Positions 1 through 15,000 of a DNA stretch of 64,000 nt are shown here, piece after piece (position 1 is the first letter of the stretch; the number at the start of each line of letters is the position of its first letter). The translations under genes were made by a program, and so were the position numbers. Under the pieces are notes generated by a model. It searched no databases. It was given only the letters and a program-made list of their open reading frames with translations, and was not told where the DNA came from. This DNA is from Nemertoderma westbladi (taxonomy: Eukaryota; Animalia; Xenacoelomorpha), in assembly GCA_032718475.1 (NCBI GenBank), contig JAUCBJ010006257.1, forward strand, positions 8,743 through 72,742, in the 5' to 3' direction.

Positions 1-3000
1 TCAAGTCATTTGTAATCCAAGTTGAAACTCAAGTCATTTGTAATCCAAGTGAAACTCAAGTCATTTGTAATCCAAGTGAAACTCAAGTCATTTGTAATCC
101 AAGTGAAACTCAAGTCATTTGTAATCCAAGTTGAAACTCAAGTCATTTGTAATCCAAGTTGAAACTCAAGTCATTTGTAATCCAAGTTGAAACTCAAGTC
201 ATTTGTAATCCAAGTGAAACTCAAGTCATTTGTAATCCAAGTTGAAACTCAAGTCATTTGTAATCCAAGTTGAAACTCAAGTAATTTGTAATCCAAGTTG
301 AAACTCAAGTCATTTGTAATCCAAGTGAAACTCAAGTCATTTATAATCCAAGTGAAACTCAAGTCATTTGTAATCCAAGTGAAACTCAAGTCATTTGTAA
401 TCCAAGTTGAAACTCAAGTCATTTGTAATCCAAGTTGAAACTCAAGTAATTTGTAATCCAAGTTGAAACTCAAGTAATTTGTAATCCAAGTTGAAACTCA
501 AGTAATTTGTAATCCAAGTGAAACTCAAGTCATTTGTAATCCAAGTGAAACTCAAGTCATTTGTAATCCAAGTGAAACTCAAGTAATTTGTAATCAAAGT
601 GAAACTCAAGTTATTTGTAATCCAAGTGAAACTCAAGTTATTTGTAATCCAAGTGAAACTCAAGTCATTTGTAATCCAAGTTGAAACTCAAGTCATTTGT
701 AATCCAAGTGAAACTCAAGTCATTTGTAATCCAAGTTGAAACTCAAGTCATTTGTAATCCAAGTGAAACTCAAGTCATTTGTAATCCAAGTGAAACTCAA
801 GTAGTTTGTAATCCAAGTGAAACTCAAGTTATTTGTAATCCAAGTGAAACTCAAGTAATTTGTAATCCAAGTTGAAACTCAAGTAATTTGTAATCCAAGT
901 GAAACTCAAGTCATTTGTAATCCAAGTTGAAACTCAAGTCATTTGTAATCCAAGTTGAAACTCAAGTCATTTGTAATCCAAGTTGAAACTCAAGTCATTT
1001 GTAATCCAAGTTGAAACTCAAGTCATTTGTAATCCAAGTGAAACTCAAGTAATTTGTAATCCAAGTGAAACTCAAGTCATTTGTAATCCAAGTTGAAACT
1101 CAAGTAATTTGTAATCCAAGTGAAACTCAAGTCATTTGTAATCCAAGTTGAAACTCAAGTCATTTGTAATCCAAGTTGAAACTCAAGTCATTTGTAATCC
1201 AAGTTGAAACTCAAGTCATTTGTAATCCAAGTTGAAACTCAAGTCATTTGTAATCCAAGTTGAAACTCAAGTCATTTGTAATCCAAGTTGAAACTCAAGT
1301 CATTTGTAATCCAAGTTGAAACTCAAGTAATTTGTAATCCAAGTTGAAACTCAAGTAATTTGTAATCCAAGTGAAACTCAAGTCATTTGTAATCCAAGTT
1401 GAAACTCAAGTCATTTGTAATCCAAGTTGAAACTCAAGTAATTTGTAATCCAAGTTGAAACTCAAGTAATTTGTAATCCAAGTTGAAACTCAAGTAATTT
1501 GTAATCCAAGTGAAACTCAAGTCATTTGTAATCCAAGTGAAACTCAAGTCATTTGTAATCCAAGTGAAACTCAAGTAATTTGTAATCCAAGTGAAACTCA
1601 AGTTATTTGTAATCCAAGTGAAACTCAAGTTATTTGTAATCCAAGTGAAACTCAAGTCATTTGTAATCCAAGTTGAAACTCAAGTCATTTGTAATCCAAG
1701 TGAAACTCAAGTCATTTGTAATCCAAGTTGAAACTCAAGTCATTTGTAATCCAAGTGAAACTCAAGTCATTTGTAATCCAAGTGAAACTCAAGTAGTTTG
1801 TAATCCAAGTGAAACTCAAGTTATTTGTAATCCAAGTGAAACTCAAGTAATTTGTAATCCAAGTTGAAACTCAAGTAATTTGTAATCCAAGTGAAACTCA
1901 AGTCATTTGTAATCCAAGTTGAAACTCAAGTCATTTGTAATCCAAGTTGAAACTCAAGTCATTTGTAATCCAAGTTGAAACTCAAGTCATTTGTAATCCA
2001 AGTTGAAACTCAAGTCATTTGTAATCCAAGTGAAACTCAAGTAATTTGTAATCCAAGTGAAACTCAAGTCATTTGTAATCCAAGTTGAAACTCAAGTAAT
2101 TTGTAATCCAAGTGAAACTCAAGTCATTTGTAATCCAAGTTGAAACTCAAGTCATTTGTAATCCAAGTTGAAACTCAAGTCATTTGTAATCCAAGTTGAA
2201 ACTCAAGTCATTTGTAATCCAAGTTGAAACTCAAGTCATTTGTAATCCAAGTTGAAACTCAAGTCATTTGTAATCCAAGTTGAAACTCAAGTCATTTGTA
2301 ATCCAAGTTGAAACTCAAGTAATTTGTAATCCAAGTTGAAACTCAAGTAATTTGTAATCCAAGTGAAACTCAAGTCATTTGTAATCCAAGTTGAAACTCA
2401 AGTCATTTGTAATCCAAGTTGAAACTCAAGTCATTTGTAATCCAAGTTGAAACTCAAGTAATTTGTAATCCAAGTTGAAACTCAAGTAATTTGTAATCCA
2501 AGTGAAACTCAAGTCATTTGTAATCCAAGTTGAAACTCAAGTCATTTGTAATCCAAGTGAAACTCAAGTCATTTGTAATCCAAGTGAAACTCAAGTAATT
2601 TGTAATCCAAGTGAAACTCAAGTTATTTGTAATCCAAGTGAAACTCAAGTTATTTGTAATCCAAGTGAAACTCAAGTCATTTGTAATCCAAGTTGAAACT
2701 CAAGTCATTTGTAATCCAAGTGAAACTCAAGTCATTTGTAATCCAAGTTGAAACTCAAGTCATTTGTAATCCAAGTTGAAACTCAAGTCATTTGTAATCC
2801 AAGTTGAAACTCAAGTCATTTGTAATCCAAGTGAAACTCAAGTCATTTGTAATCCAAGTTGAAACTCAAGTCATTTGTAATCCAAGTGAAACTCAAGTCA
2901 TTTGTAATCCAAGTGAAACTCAAGTAGTTTGTAATCCAAGTGAAACTCAAGTTATTTGTAATCCAAGTGAAACTCAAGTTATTTGTAATCCAAGTGAAAC

Positions 3001-6000
3001 TCAAGTCATTTGTAATCCAAGTTGAAACTCAAGTCATTTGTAATCCAAGTGAAACTCAAGTCATTTGTAATCCAAGTGAAACTCAAGTCATTTGTAATCC
3101 AAGTGAAACTCAAGTAATTTGTAATCCAAGTGAAACTCAAGTCATTTGTAATCCAAGTGAAACTCAAGTCATTTGTAATCCAAGTGAAACTCAAGTCATT
3201 TGTAATCCAAGTGAAACTCAAGTCATTTGTAATCCAAGTGAAACTCAAGTAATTTGTAATCCAAGTTGAAACTCAAGTCATTTGTAATCCAAGTTGAAAC
3301 TCAAGTCATTTGTAATCCAAGTTGAAACTCAAGTCATTTGTAATCCAAGTGAAACTCAAGTCATTTGTAATCCAAGTGAAACTCAAGTCATTTGTAATCC
3401 AAGTGAAACTCAAGTCATTTGTAATCCAAGTGAAACTCAAGTCATTTGTAATCCAAGTTGAAACTCAAGTCATTTGTAATCCAAGTGAAACTCAAGTCAT
3501 TTGTAATCCAAGTGAAACTCAAGTAGTTTGTAATCCAAGTGAAACTCAAGTTATTTGTAATCCAAGTGAAACTCAAGTTATTTGTAATCCAAGTGAAACT
3601 CAAGTCATTTGTAATCCAAATTGAAACTCAAGTCATTTGTAATCCAAGTGAAACTCAAGTAGTTTGTAATCCAAGTGAAACTCAAGTTATTTGTAATCCA
3701 AGTGAAACTCAAGTTATTTGTAATCCAAGTGAAACTCAAGTCATTTGTAATCCAAGTGAAACTCAAGTCATTTGTAATCCAAGTTGAAACTCAAGTCATT
3801 TGTAATCCAAGTTGAAACTCAAGTCATTTGTAATCCAAGTTGAAACTCAAGTAATTTGTAATCCAAGTTGAAACTCAAGTAATTTGTAATCCAAGTTGAA
3901 ACTCAAGTAATTTGTAATCCAAGTGAAACTCAAGTCATTTGTAATCCAAGTGAAACTCAAGTCATTTGTAATCCAAGTGAAACTCAAGTAATTTGTAATC
4001 AAAGTGAAACTCAAGTTATTTGTAATCCAAGTGAAACTCAAGTTATTTGTAATCCAAGTGAAACTCAAGTCATTTGTAATCCAAGTTGAAACTCAAGTCA
4101 TTTGTAATCCAAGTGAAACTCAAGTCATTTGTAATCCAAGTTGAAACTCAAGTCATTTGTAATCCAAGTGAAACTCAAGTCATTTGTAATCCAAGTGAAA
4201 CTCAAGTAGTTTGTAATCCAAGTGAAACTCAAGTTATTTGTAATCCAAGTGAAACTCAAGTAATTTGTAATCCAAGTTGAAACTCAAGTAATTTGTAATC
4301 CAAGTGAAACTCAAGTCATTTGTAATCCAAGTTGAAACTCAAGTCATTTGTAATCTAAGTTGAAACTCAAGTAATTTGTAATCCAAGTGAAACTCAAGTC
4401 ATTTGTAATCCAAGTTGAAACTCAAGTCATTTGTAATCTAAGTTGAAACTCAAGTAATTTGTAATCCAAGTGAAACTCAAGTAATTTGTAATCCAAGTTG
4501 AAACTCAAGTCATTTGTAATCCAAGTTGAAACTCAAGTCATTTGTAATCCAAGTGAAACTCAAGTAATTTGTAATCCAAGTTGAAACTCAAGTCATTTGT
4601 AATCCAAGTGAAACTCAAGTCATTTGTACAAGTTGAAACTCAAGTAATTTGTAATCCAAGTTGAAACTCAAGTCATTTGTAATCTAAGTTGAAACTCAAG
4701 TCATTTGTAATCCAAGTTGAAACTCAAGTCATTTGTAACAGTTGAAACTCAAGTAATTTGTAATCCAAGTTGAAACTCAAGTCATTTGTAATCTAAGTTG
4801 AAACTCAAGTCATTTGTAATCCAAGTTGAAACTCAAGTCATTTGTAATCTAAGTTGAAACTCAAGTCATTTGTAATCTAAGTTGAAACTCAAGTCATTTG
4901 TAATCCAAGTTGAAACTCAAGTCATTTGTAATCTAAGTTGAAACTCAAGTCATTTGTAATCCAAGTGAAACTCAAGTCATTTGTAAAGTTGAAACTCAAG
5001 TAATTTGTAATCCAAGTTGAAACTCAAGTCATTTGTAATCTAAGTTGAAACTCAAGTCATTTGTAATCCAAGTTGAAACTCAAGTCATTTGTAATCTAAG
5101 TTGAAACTCAAGTAATTTGTAATCCAAGTGAAACTCAAGTCATTTGTAATCCAAGTTGAAACTCAAGTCATTTGTAATCTAAGTTGAAACTCAAGTAATT
5201 TGTAATCCAAGTGAAACTCAAGTAATTTGTAATCCAAGTTGAAACTCAAGTCATTTGTAATCCAAGTTGAAACTCAAGTCATTTGTAATCCAAGTGAAAC
5301 TCAAGTAATTTGTAATCCAAGTTGAAACTCAAGTCATTTGTAATCCAAGTGAAACTCAAGTCATTTGTAATCCAAGTTGAAACTCAAGTCATTTGTAATC
5401 CAAGTTGAAACTCAAGTCATTTGTAATCCAAGTGAAACTCAAGTCATTTGTAATCCAAGTGAAACTCAAGTCATTTGTAATCCAAGTGAAACTCAAGTCA
5501 TTTGTAATCCAAGTTGAAACTCAAGTCATTTGTAATCCAAGTTGAAACTCAAGTCATTTGTAATCCAAGTTGAAACTCAAGTCATTTGTAATCCAAGTGA
5601 AACTCAAGTCATTTGTAATCCAAGTTGAAACTCAAGTCATTTGTAATCCAAGTTGAAACTCAAGTAATTTGTAATCCAAGTTGAAACTCAAGTCATTTGT
5701 AATCCAAGTGAAACTCAAGTCATTTGTAATCCAAGTGAAACTCAAGTCATTTGTAATCCAAGTGAAACTCAAGTCATTTGTAATCCAAGTTGAAACTCAA
5801 GTCATTTGTAATCCAAGTTGAAACTCAAGTCATTTGTAATCCAAGTTGAAACTCAAGTAATTTGTAATCCAAGTTGAAACTCAAGTAATTTGTAATCCAA
5901 GTTGAAACTCAAGTAATTTGTAATCCAAGTGAAACTCAAGTCATTTGTAATCCAAGTGAAACTCAAGTCATTTGTAATCCAAGTGAAACTCAAGTAATTT

Positions 6001-9000
6001 GTAATCAAAGTGAAACTCAAGTTATTTGTAATCCAAGTGAAACTCAAGTTATTTGTAATCCAAGTGAAACTCAAGTCATTTGTAATCCAAGTTGAAACTC
6101 AAGTCATTTGTAATCCAAGTGAAACTCAAGTCATTTGTAATCCAAGTTGAAACTCAAGTCATTTGTAATCCAAGTGAAACTCAAGTCATTTGTAATCCAA
6201 GTGAAACTCAAGTAGTTTGTAATCCAAGTGAAACTCAAGTTATTTGTAATCCAAGTGAAACTCAAGTAATTTGTAATCCAAGTTGAAACTCAAGTAATTT
6301 GTAATCCAAGTGAAACTCAAGTCATTTGTAATCCAAGTTGAAACTCAAGTCATTTGTAATCCAAGTTGAAACTCAAGTCATTTGTAATCCAAGTTGAAAC
6401 TCAAGTCATTTGTAATCCAAGTTGAAACTCAAGTCATTTGTAATCCAAGTGAAACTCAAGTAATTTGTAATCCAAGTGAAACTCAAGTCATTTGTAATCC
6501 AAGTTGAAACTCAAGTAATTTGTAATCCAAGTGAAACTCAAGTCATTTGTAATCCAAGTTGAAACTCAAGTCATTTGTAATCCAAGTTGAAACTCAAGTC
6601 ATTTGTAATCCAAGTTGAAACTCAAGTCATTTGTAATCCAAGTTGAAACTCAAGTCATTTGTAATCCAAGTTGAAACTCAAGTCATTTGTAATCCAAGTT
6701 GAAACTCAAGTCATTTGTAATCCAAGTTGAAACTCAAGTAATTTGTAATCCAAGTTGAAACTCAAGTAATTTGTAATCCAAGTGAAACTCAAGTCATTTG
6801 TAATCCAAGTTGAAACTCAAGTCATTTGTAATCCAAGTTGAAACTCAAGTCATTTGTAATCCAAGTTGAAACTCAAGTAATTTGTAATCCAAGTTGAAAC
6901 TCAAGTAATTTGTAATCCAAGTGAAACTCAAGTCATTTGTAATCCAAGTTGAAACTCAAGTCATTTGTAATCCAAGTGAAACTCAAGTCATTTGTAATCC
7001 AAGTGAAACTCAAGTAATTTGTAATCCAAGTGAAACTCAAGTTATTTGTAATCCAAGTGAAACTCAAGTTATTTGTAATCCAAGTGAAACTCAAGTCATT
7101 TGTAATCCAAGTTGAAACTCAAGTCATTTGTAATCCAAGTGAAACTCAAGTCATTTGTAATCCAAGTTGAAACTCAAGTCATTTGTAATCCAAGTTGAAA
7201 CTCAAGTCATTTGTAATCCAAGTTGAAACTCAAGTCATTTGTAATCCAAGTGAAACTCAAGTCATTTGTAATCCAAGTTGAAACTCAAGTCATTTGTAAT
7301 CCAAGTGAAACTCAAGTCATTTGTAATCCAAGTGAAACTCAAGTAGTTTGTAATCCAAGTGAAACTCAAGTTATTTGTAATCCAAGTGAAACTCAAGTTA
7401 TTTGTAATCCAAGTGAAACTCAAGTCATTTGTAATCCAAGTTGAAACTCAAGTCATTTGTAATCCAAGTGAAACTCAAGTCATTTGTAATCCAAGTGAAA
7501 CTCAAGTCATTTGTAATCCAAGTGAAACTCAAGTAATTTGTAATCCAAGTGAAACTCAAGTCATTTGTAATCCAAGTGAAACTCAAGTCATTTGTAATCC
7601 AAGTGAAACTCAAGTCATTTGTAATCCAAGTGAAACTCAAGTCATTTGTAATCCAAGTGAAACTCAAGTAATTTGTAATCCAAGTTGAAACTCAAGTCAT
7701 TTGTAATCCAAGTTGAAACTCAAGTCATTTGTAATCCAAGTTGAAACTCAAGTCATTTGTAATCCAAGTGAAACTCAAGTCATTTGTAATCCAAGTGAAA
7801 CTCAAGTCATTTGTAATCCAAGTGAAACTCAAGTCATTTGTAATCCAAGTGAAACTCAAGTCATTTGTAATCCAAGTTGAAACTCAAGTCATTTGTAATC
7901 CAAGTGAAACTCAAGTCATTTGTAATCCAAGTGAAACTCAAGTAGTTTGTAATCCAAGTGAAACTCAAGTTATTTGTAATCCAAGTGAAACTCAAGTTAT
8001 TTGTAATCCAAGTGAAACTCAAGTCATTTGTAATCCAAGTTGAAACTCAAGTCATTTGTAATCCAAGTGAAACTCAAGTAGTTTGTAATCCAAGTGAAAC
8101 TCAAGTTATTTGTAATCCAAGTGAAACTCAAGTTATTTGTAATCCAAGTGAAACTCAAGTCATTTGTAATCCAAGTGAAACTCAAGTCATTTGTAATCCA
8201 AGTTGAAACTCAAGTCATTTGTAATCCAAGTTGAAACTCAAGTCATTTGTAATCCAAGTTGAAACTCAAGTAATTTGTAATCCAAGTTGAAACTCAAGTA
8301 ATTTGTAATCCAAGTTGAAACTCAAGTAATTTGTAATCCAAGTGAAACTCAAGTCATTTGTAATCCAAGTGAAACTCAAGTCATTTGTAATCCAAGTGAA
8401 ACTCAAGTAATTTGTAATCCAAGTGAAACTCAAGTTATTTGTAATCCAAGTGAAACTCAAGTTATTTGTAATCCAAGTGAAACTCAAGTCATTTGTAATC
8501 CAAGTTGAAACTCAAGTCATTTGTAATCCAAGTGAAACTCAAGTCATTTGTAATCCAAGTTGAAACTCAAGTCATTTGTAATCCAAGTGAAACTCAAGTC
8601 ATTTGTAATCCAAGTGAAACTCAAGTCATTTGTAATCCAAGTGAAACTCAAGTCATTTGTAATCCAAGTGAAACTCAAGTAATTTGTAATCCAAGTTGAA
8701 ACTCAAGTAATTTGTAATCCAAGTGAAACTCAAGTCATTTGTAATCCAAGTTGAAACTCAAGTCATTTGTAATCCAAGTTGAAACTCAAGTCATTTGTAA
8801 TCCAAGTTGAAACTCAAGTCATTTGTAATCCAAGTTGAAACTCAAGTCATTTGTAATCCAAGTGAAACTCAAGTCATTTGTAATCCAAGTGAAACTCAAG
8901 TCATTTGTAATCCAAGTTGAAACTCAAGTAATTTGTAATCCAAGTGAAACTCAAGTCATTTGTAATCCAAGTTGAAACTCAAGTCATTTGTAATCCAAGT

Positions 9001-12000
9001 TGAAACTCAAGTCATTTGTAATCCAAGTTGAAACTCAAGTCATTTGTAATCCAAGTTGAAACTCAAGTCATTTGTAATCCAAGTTGAAACTCAAGTCATT
9101 TGTAATCCAAGTTGAAACTCAAGTCATTTGTAATCCAAGTTGAAACTCAAGTAATTTGTAATCCAAGTTGAAACTCAAGTAATTTGTAATCCAAGTGAAA
9201 CTCAAGTCATTTGTAATCCAAGTTGAAACTCAAGTCATTTGTAATCCAAGTTGAAACTCAAGTCATTTGTAATCCAAGTTGAAACTCAAGTAATTTGTAA
9301 TCCAAGTTGAAACTCAAGTAATTTGTAATCCAAGTGAAACTCAAGTCATTTGTAATCCAAGTTGAAACTCAAGTCATTTGTAATCCAAGTGAAACTCAAG
9401 TCATTTGTAATCCAAGTGAAACTCAAGTAATTTGTAATCCAAGTGAAACTCAAGTTATTTGTAATCCAAGTGAAACTCAAGTTATTTGTAATCCAAGTGA
9501 AACTCAAGTCATTTGTAATCCAAGTTGAAACTCAAGTCATTTGTAATCCAAGTGAAACTCAAGTCATTTGTAATCCAAGTTGAAACTCAAGTCATTTGTA
9601 ATCCAAGTTGAAACTCAAGTCATTTGTAATCCAAGTTGAAACTCAAGTCATTTGTAATCCAAGTGAAACTCAAGTCATTTGTAATCCAAGTTGAAACTCA
9701 AGTCATTTGTAATCCAAGTGAAACTCAAGTCATTTGTAATCCAAGTGAAACTCAAGTAGTTTGTAATCCAAGTGAAACTCAAGTTATTTGTAATCCAAGT
9801 GAAACTCAAGTTATTTGTAATCCAAGTGAAACTCAAGTCATTTGTAATCCAAGTTGAAACTCAAGTCATTTGTAATCCAAGTGAAACTCAAGTCATTTGT
9901 AATCCAAGTGAAACTCAAGTCATTTGTAATCCAAGTGAAACTCAAGTAATTTGTAATCCAAGTGAAACTCAAGTCATTTGTAATCCAAGTGAAACTCAAG
10001 TCATTTGTAATCCAAGTGAAACTCAAGTCATTTGTAATCCAAGTGAAACTCAAGTCATTTGTAATCCAAGTGAAACTCAAGTAATTTGTAATCCAAGTTG
10101 AAACTCAAGTCATTTGTAATCCAAGTTGAAACTCAAGTCATTTGTAATCCAAGTTGAAACTCAAGTCATTTGTAATCCAAGTGAAACTCAAGTCATTTGT
10201 AATCCAAGTGAAACTCAAGTCATTTGTAATCCAAGTGAAACTCAAGTCATTTGTAATCCAAGTGAAACTCAAGTCATTTGTAATCCAAGTTGAAACTCAA
10301 GTCATTTGTAATCCAAGTGAAACTCAAGTTATTTGTAATCCAAGTGAAACTCAAGTAGTTTGTAATCCAAGTGAAACTCAAGTTATTTGTAATCCAAGTG
10401 AAACTCAAGTTATTTGTAATCCAAGTGAAACTCAAGTCATTTGTAATCCAAGTTGAAACTCAAGTCATTTGTAATCCAAGTGAAACTCAAGTAGTTTGTA
10501 ATCCAAGTGAAACTCAAGTTATTTGTAATCCAAGTGAAACTCAAGTTATTTGTAATCCAAGTGAAACTCAAGTCATTTGTAATCCAAGTTGAAACTCAAG
10601 TCATTTGTAATCCAAGTGAAACTCAAGTCATTTGTAATCCAAGTGAAACTCAAGTCATTTGTAATCCAAGTTGAAACTCAAGTCATTTGTAATCCAAGTT
10701 GAAACTCAAGTAATTTGTAATCCAAGTTGAAACTCAAGTAATTTGTAATCCAAGTGAAACTCAAGTCATTTGTAATCCAAGTTGAAACTCAAGTCATTTG
10801 TAATCCAAGTTGAAACTCAAGTCATTTGTAATCCAAGTTGAAACTCAAGTAATTTGTAATCCAAGTTGAAACTCAAGTAATTTGTAATCCAAGTGAAACT
10901 CAAGTCATTTGTAATCCAAGTTGAAACTCAAGTCATTTGTAATCCAAGTGAAACTCAAGTCATTTGTAATCCAAGTGAAACTCAAGTAATTTGTAATCCA
11001 AGTGAAACTCAAGTTATTTGTAATCCAAGTGAAACTCAAGTTATTTGTAATCCAAGTGAAACTCAAGTCATTTGTAATCCAAGTTGAAACTCAAGTCATT
11101 TGTAATCCAAGTGAAACTCAAGTCATTTGTAATCCAAGTTGAAACTCAAGTCATTTGTAATCCAAGTTGAAACTCAAGTCATTTGTAATCCAAGTTGAAA
11201 CTCAAGTCATTTGTAATCCAAGTGAAACTCAAGTCATTTGTAATCCAAGTTGAAACTCAAGTCATTTGTAATCCAAGTGAAACTCAAGTCATTTGTAATC
11301 CAAGTGAAACTCAAGTAGTTTGTAATCCAAGTGAAACTCAAGTTATTTGTAATCCAAGTGAAACTCAAGTTATTTGTAATCCAAGTGAAACTCAAGTCAT
11401 TTGTAATCCAAGTTGAAACTCAAGTCATTTGTAATCCAAGTGAAACTCAAGTCATTTGTAATCCAAGTGAAACTCAAGTCATTTGTAATCCAAGTGAAAC
11501 TCAAGTAATTTGTAATCCAAGTGAAACTCAAGTCATTTGTAATCCAAGTGAAACTCAAGTCATTTGTAATCCAAGTGAAACTCAAGTCATTTGTAATCCA
11601 AGTGAAACTCAAGTCATTTGTAATCCAAGTGAAACTCAAGTAATTTGTAATCCAAGTTGAAACTCAAGTCATTTGTAATCCAAGTTGAAACTCAAGTCAT
11701 TTGTAATCCAAGTTGAAACTCAAGTCATTTGTAATCCAAGTGAAACTCAAGTCATTTGTAATCCAAGTGAAACTCAAGTCATTTGTAATCCAAGTGAAAC
11801 TCAAGTCATTTGTAATCCAAGTGAAACTCAAGTCATTTGTAATCCAAGTTGAAACTCAAGTCATTTGTAATCCAAGTGAAACTCAAGTCATTTGTAATCC
11901 AAGTGAAACTCAAGTAGTTTGTAATCCAAGTGAAACTCAAGTTATTTGTAATCCAAGTGAAACTCAAGTTATTTGTAATCCAAGTGAAACTCAAGTCATT

Positions 12001-15000
12001 TGTAATCCAAATTGAAACTCAAGTCATTTGTAATCCAAGTGAAACTCAAGTAGTTTGTAATCCAAGTGAAACTCAAGTTATTTGTAATCCAAGTGAAACT
12101 CAAGTTATTTGTAATCCAAGTGAAACTCAAGTCATTTGTAATCCAAGTTGAAACTCAAGTCATTTGTAATCCAAGTGAAACTCAAGTCATTTGTAATCCA
12201 AGTGAAACTCAAGTCATTTGTAATCCAAGTTGAAACTCAAGTCATTTGTAATCCAAGTGAAACTCAAGTCATTTGTAATCCAAGTGAAACTCAAGTCATT
12301 TGTAATCCAAGTTGAAACTCAAGTCATTTGTAATCCAAGTGAAACTCAAGTCATTTGTAATCCAAGTGAAACTCAAGTCATTTGTAATCCAAGTGAAACT
12401 CAAGTCATTTGTAATCCAAGTTGAAACTCAAGTCATTTGTAATCCAAGTGAAACTCAAGTCATTTGTAATCCAAGTTGAAACTCAAGTCATTTGTAATCC
12501 AAGTGAAACTCAAGTCATTTGTAATCCAAGTTGAAACTCAAGTCATTTGTAATCCAAGTTGAAACTCAAGTCATTTGTAATCCAAGTGAAACTCAAGTCA
12601 TTTGTAATCCAAGTGAAACTCAAGTCATTTGTAATCCAAGTGAAACTCAAGTCATTTGTAATCCAAGTGAAACTCAAGTCATTTGTAATCCAAGTTGAAA
12701 CTCAAGTCATTTGTAATCCAAGTGAAACTCAAGTCATTTGTAATCCAAGTGAAACTCAAGTCATTTGTAATCCAAGTGAAACTCAAGTCATTTGTAATCC
12801 AAGTGAAACTCAAGTCATTTGTAATCCAAGTGAAACTCAAGTCATTTGTAATCCAAGTGAAACTCAAGTCATTTGTAATCCAAGTGAAACTCAAGTCATT
12901 TGTAATCCAAGTGAAACTCAAGTCATTTGTAATCCAAGTGAAACTCAAGTCATTTGTAATCCAAGTGAAACTCAAGTCATTTGTAATCCAAGTGAAACTC
13001 AAGTCATTTGTAATCCAAGTTGAAACTCAAGTCATTTGTAATCCAAGTTGAAACTCAAGTCATTTGTAATCCAAGTGAAACTTAAGTCTTTTGTAATCCA
13101 AGTGAAACTCAAGTCATTTGTAATCCAAGTGAAACTCAAGTCATTTGTAATCCAAGTTGAAACTCAAGTCATTTGTAATCCAAGTTGAAACTCAAGTCAT
13201 TTGTAATCCAAGTTGAAACTCAAGTCATTTGTAATCCAAGTTGAAACTCAAGTCATTTGTAATCCAAGTTGAAACTCAAGTCATTTGTAATCCAAGTTGA
13301 AACTCAAGTCATTTGTACAAGTTGAAACTCAAGTCATTTGTAATCACAGTTGAAACTCAAGTCATTTGTAATCCAAGTGAAACTCAAGTCATTTGTAATC
13401 CAAGTGAAACTCAAGTCATTTGTATCCAAGTGAAACTCAAGTCATTTGTAATCCAAGTGAAACTCAAGTCATTTGTAATCCAAGTGAAACTCAAGTCATT
13501 TGTAATCCAAGTTGAAACTCAAGTCATTTGTAATCCAAGTGAAACTCAAGTCATTTGTAATCCAAGTTGAAACTCAAGTCATTTGTAATCCAAGTGAAAC
13601 TCAATTCATTTGTAATCCAAGTGAAACTCAAGTCATTTGTAATCCAAGTTGAAACTCAAGTCATTTGTAATCCAAGTGAAACTCAAGTCATTTGTAATCC
13701 AAGTTGAAACTCAAGTCATGTGTAATCCAAGTTGAAACTCAAGTCATTTGTAATCCAAGTGAAACTTAAGTCTTTTGTAATCCAAGTGAAAATCAAGTCA
13801 TTTGTAATCCAAGTGAAACTCAAGTCATTTGTAATCCAAGTTGAAACTCAAGTCATTTGTAATCCAAGTTGAAACTCAAGTCATTTGTAATCCAAGTGAA
13901 ACTCAAGTCATTTGTAATCCAAGTGAAACTCAAGTCATTTGTAATCCAAGTTGAAACTCAAGTCATTTGTAATCCAAGTGAAACTCAAGTCATTTGTAAT
14001 CCAAGTGAAACTCAAGTCATTTGTAATCCCAGTGAAACTCAAGTCATTTGTAATCCAAGTTGAAACTCAAGTCATTTGTAATCCAAGTTGAAACTCAAGT
14101 CATTTGTAATCCAAGTGAAACTTAAGTCTTTTGTAATCCAAGTGAAAATCAAGTCATTTGTAATCCAAGTGAAACTCAAGTCATTTGTAATCCAAGTTGA
14201 AACTCAAGTCATTTGTAATCCAAGTTGAAACTCAAGTCATTTCTAATCCAAGTTGAAACTCAAGTCATTTGTAATCCAAGTTGAAACTCAAGTCATTTGT
14301 AATCCAAGTTGAAACTCAAGTCATTTGTAATCCAAGTTGAAACTCAAGTCATTTGTAAAGTTGAAACTCAAGTCATTTGTAATCACAGTTGAAACTCAAG
14401 TCATTTGTAATCCAAGTGAAACTCAAGTCATTTGTAATCCAAGTGAAACTCAAGTAGTTTGTAATCCAAGTGAAACTCAAGTTATTTGTAATCCAAGTGA
14501 AACTCAAGTTATTTGTAATCCAAGTGAAACTCAAGTCATTTGTAATCCAAGTTGAAACTCAAGTCATTTGTAATCCAAGTGAAACTCAAGTCATTTGTAA
14601 TCCAAGTGAAACTCAAGTCATTTGTAATCCAAGTGAAACTCAAGTCATTTGTAATCCAAGTGAAACTCAAGTCATTTGTAATCCAAGTGAAACTCAAGTC
14701 ATTTGTAATCCAAGTGAAACTCAAGTCATTTGTAATCCAAGTGAAACTCAAGTCATTTGTAATCCAAGTGAAACTCAAGTCATTTGTAATCCAAGTTGAA
14801 ACTCAAGTCATTTGTAATCCAAGTTGAAACTCAAGTCATTTGTAATCCAAGTTGAAACTCAAGTCATTTGTAATCCAAGTGAAACTCAAGTCATTTGTAA
14901 TCCAAGTGAAACTCAAGTCATTTGTAATCCAAGTGAAACTCAAGTCATTTGTAATCCAAGTGAAACTCAAGTCATTTGTAATCCAAGTTGAAACTCAAGT

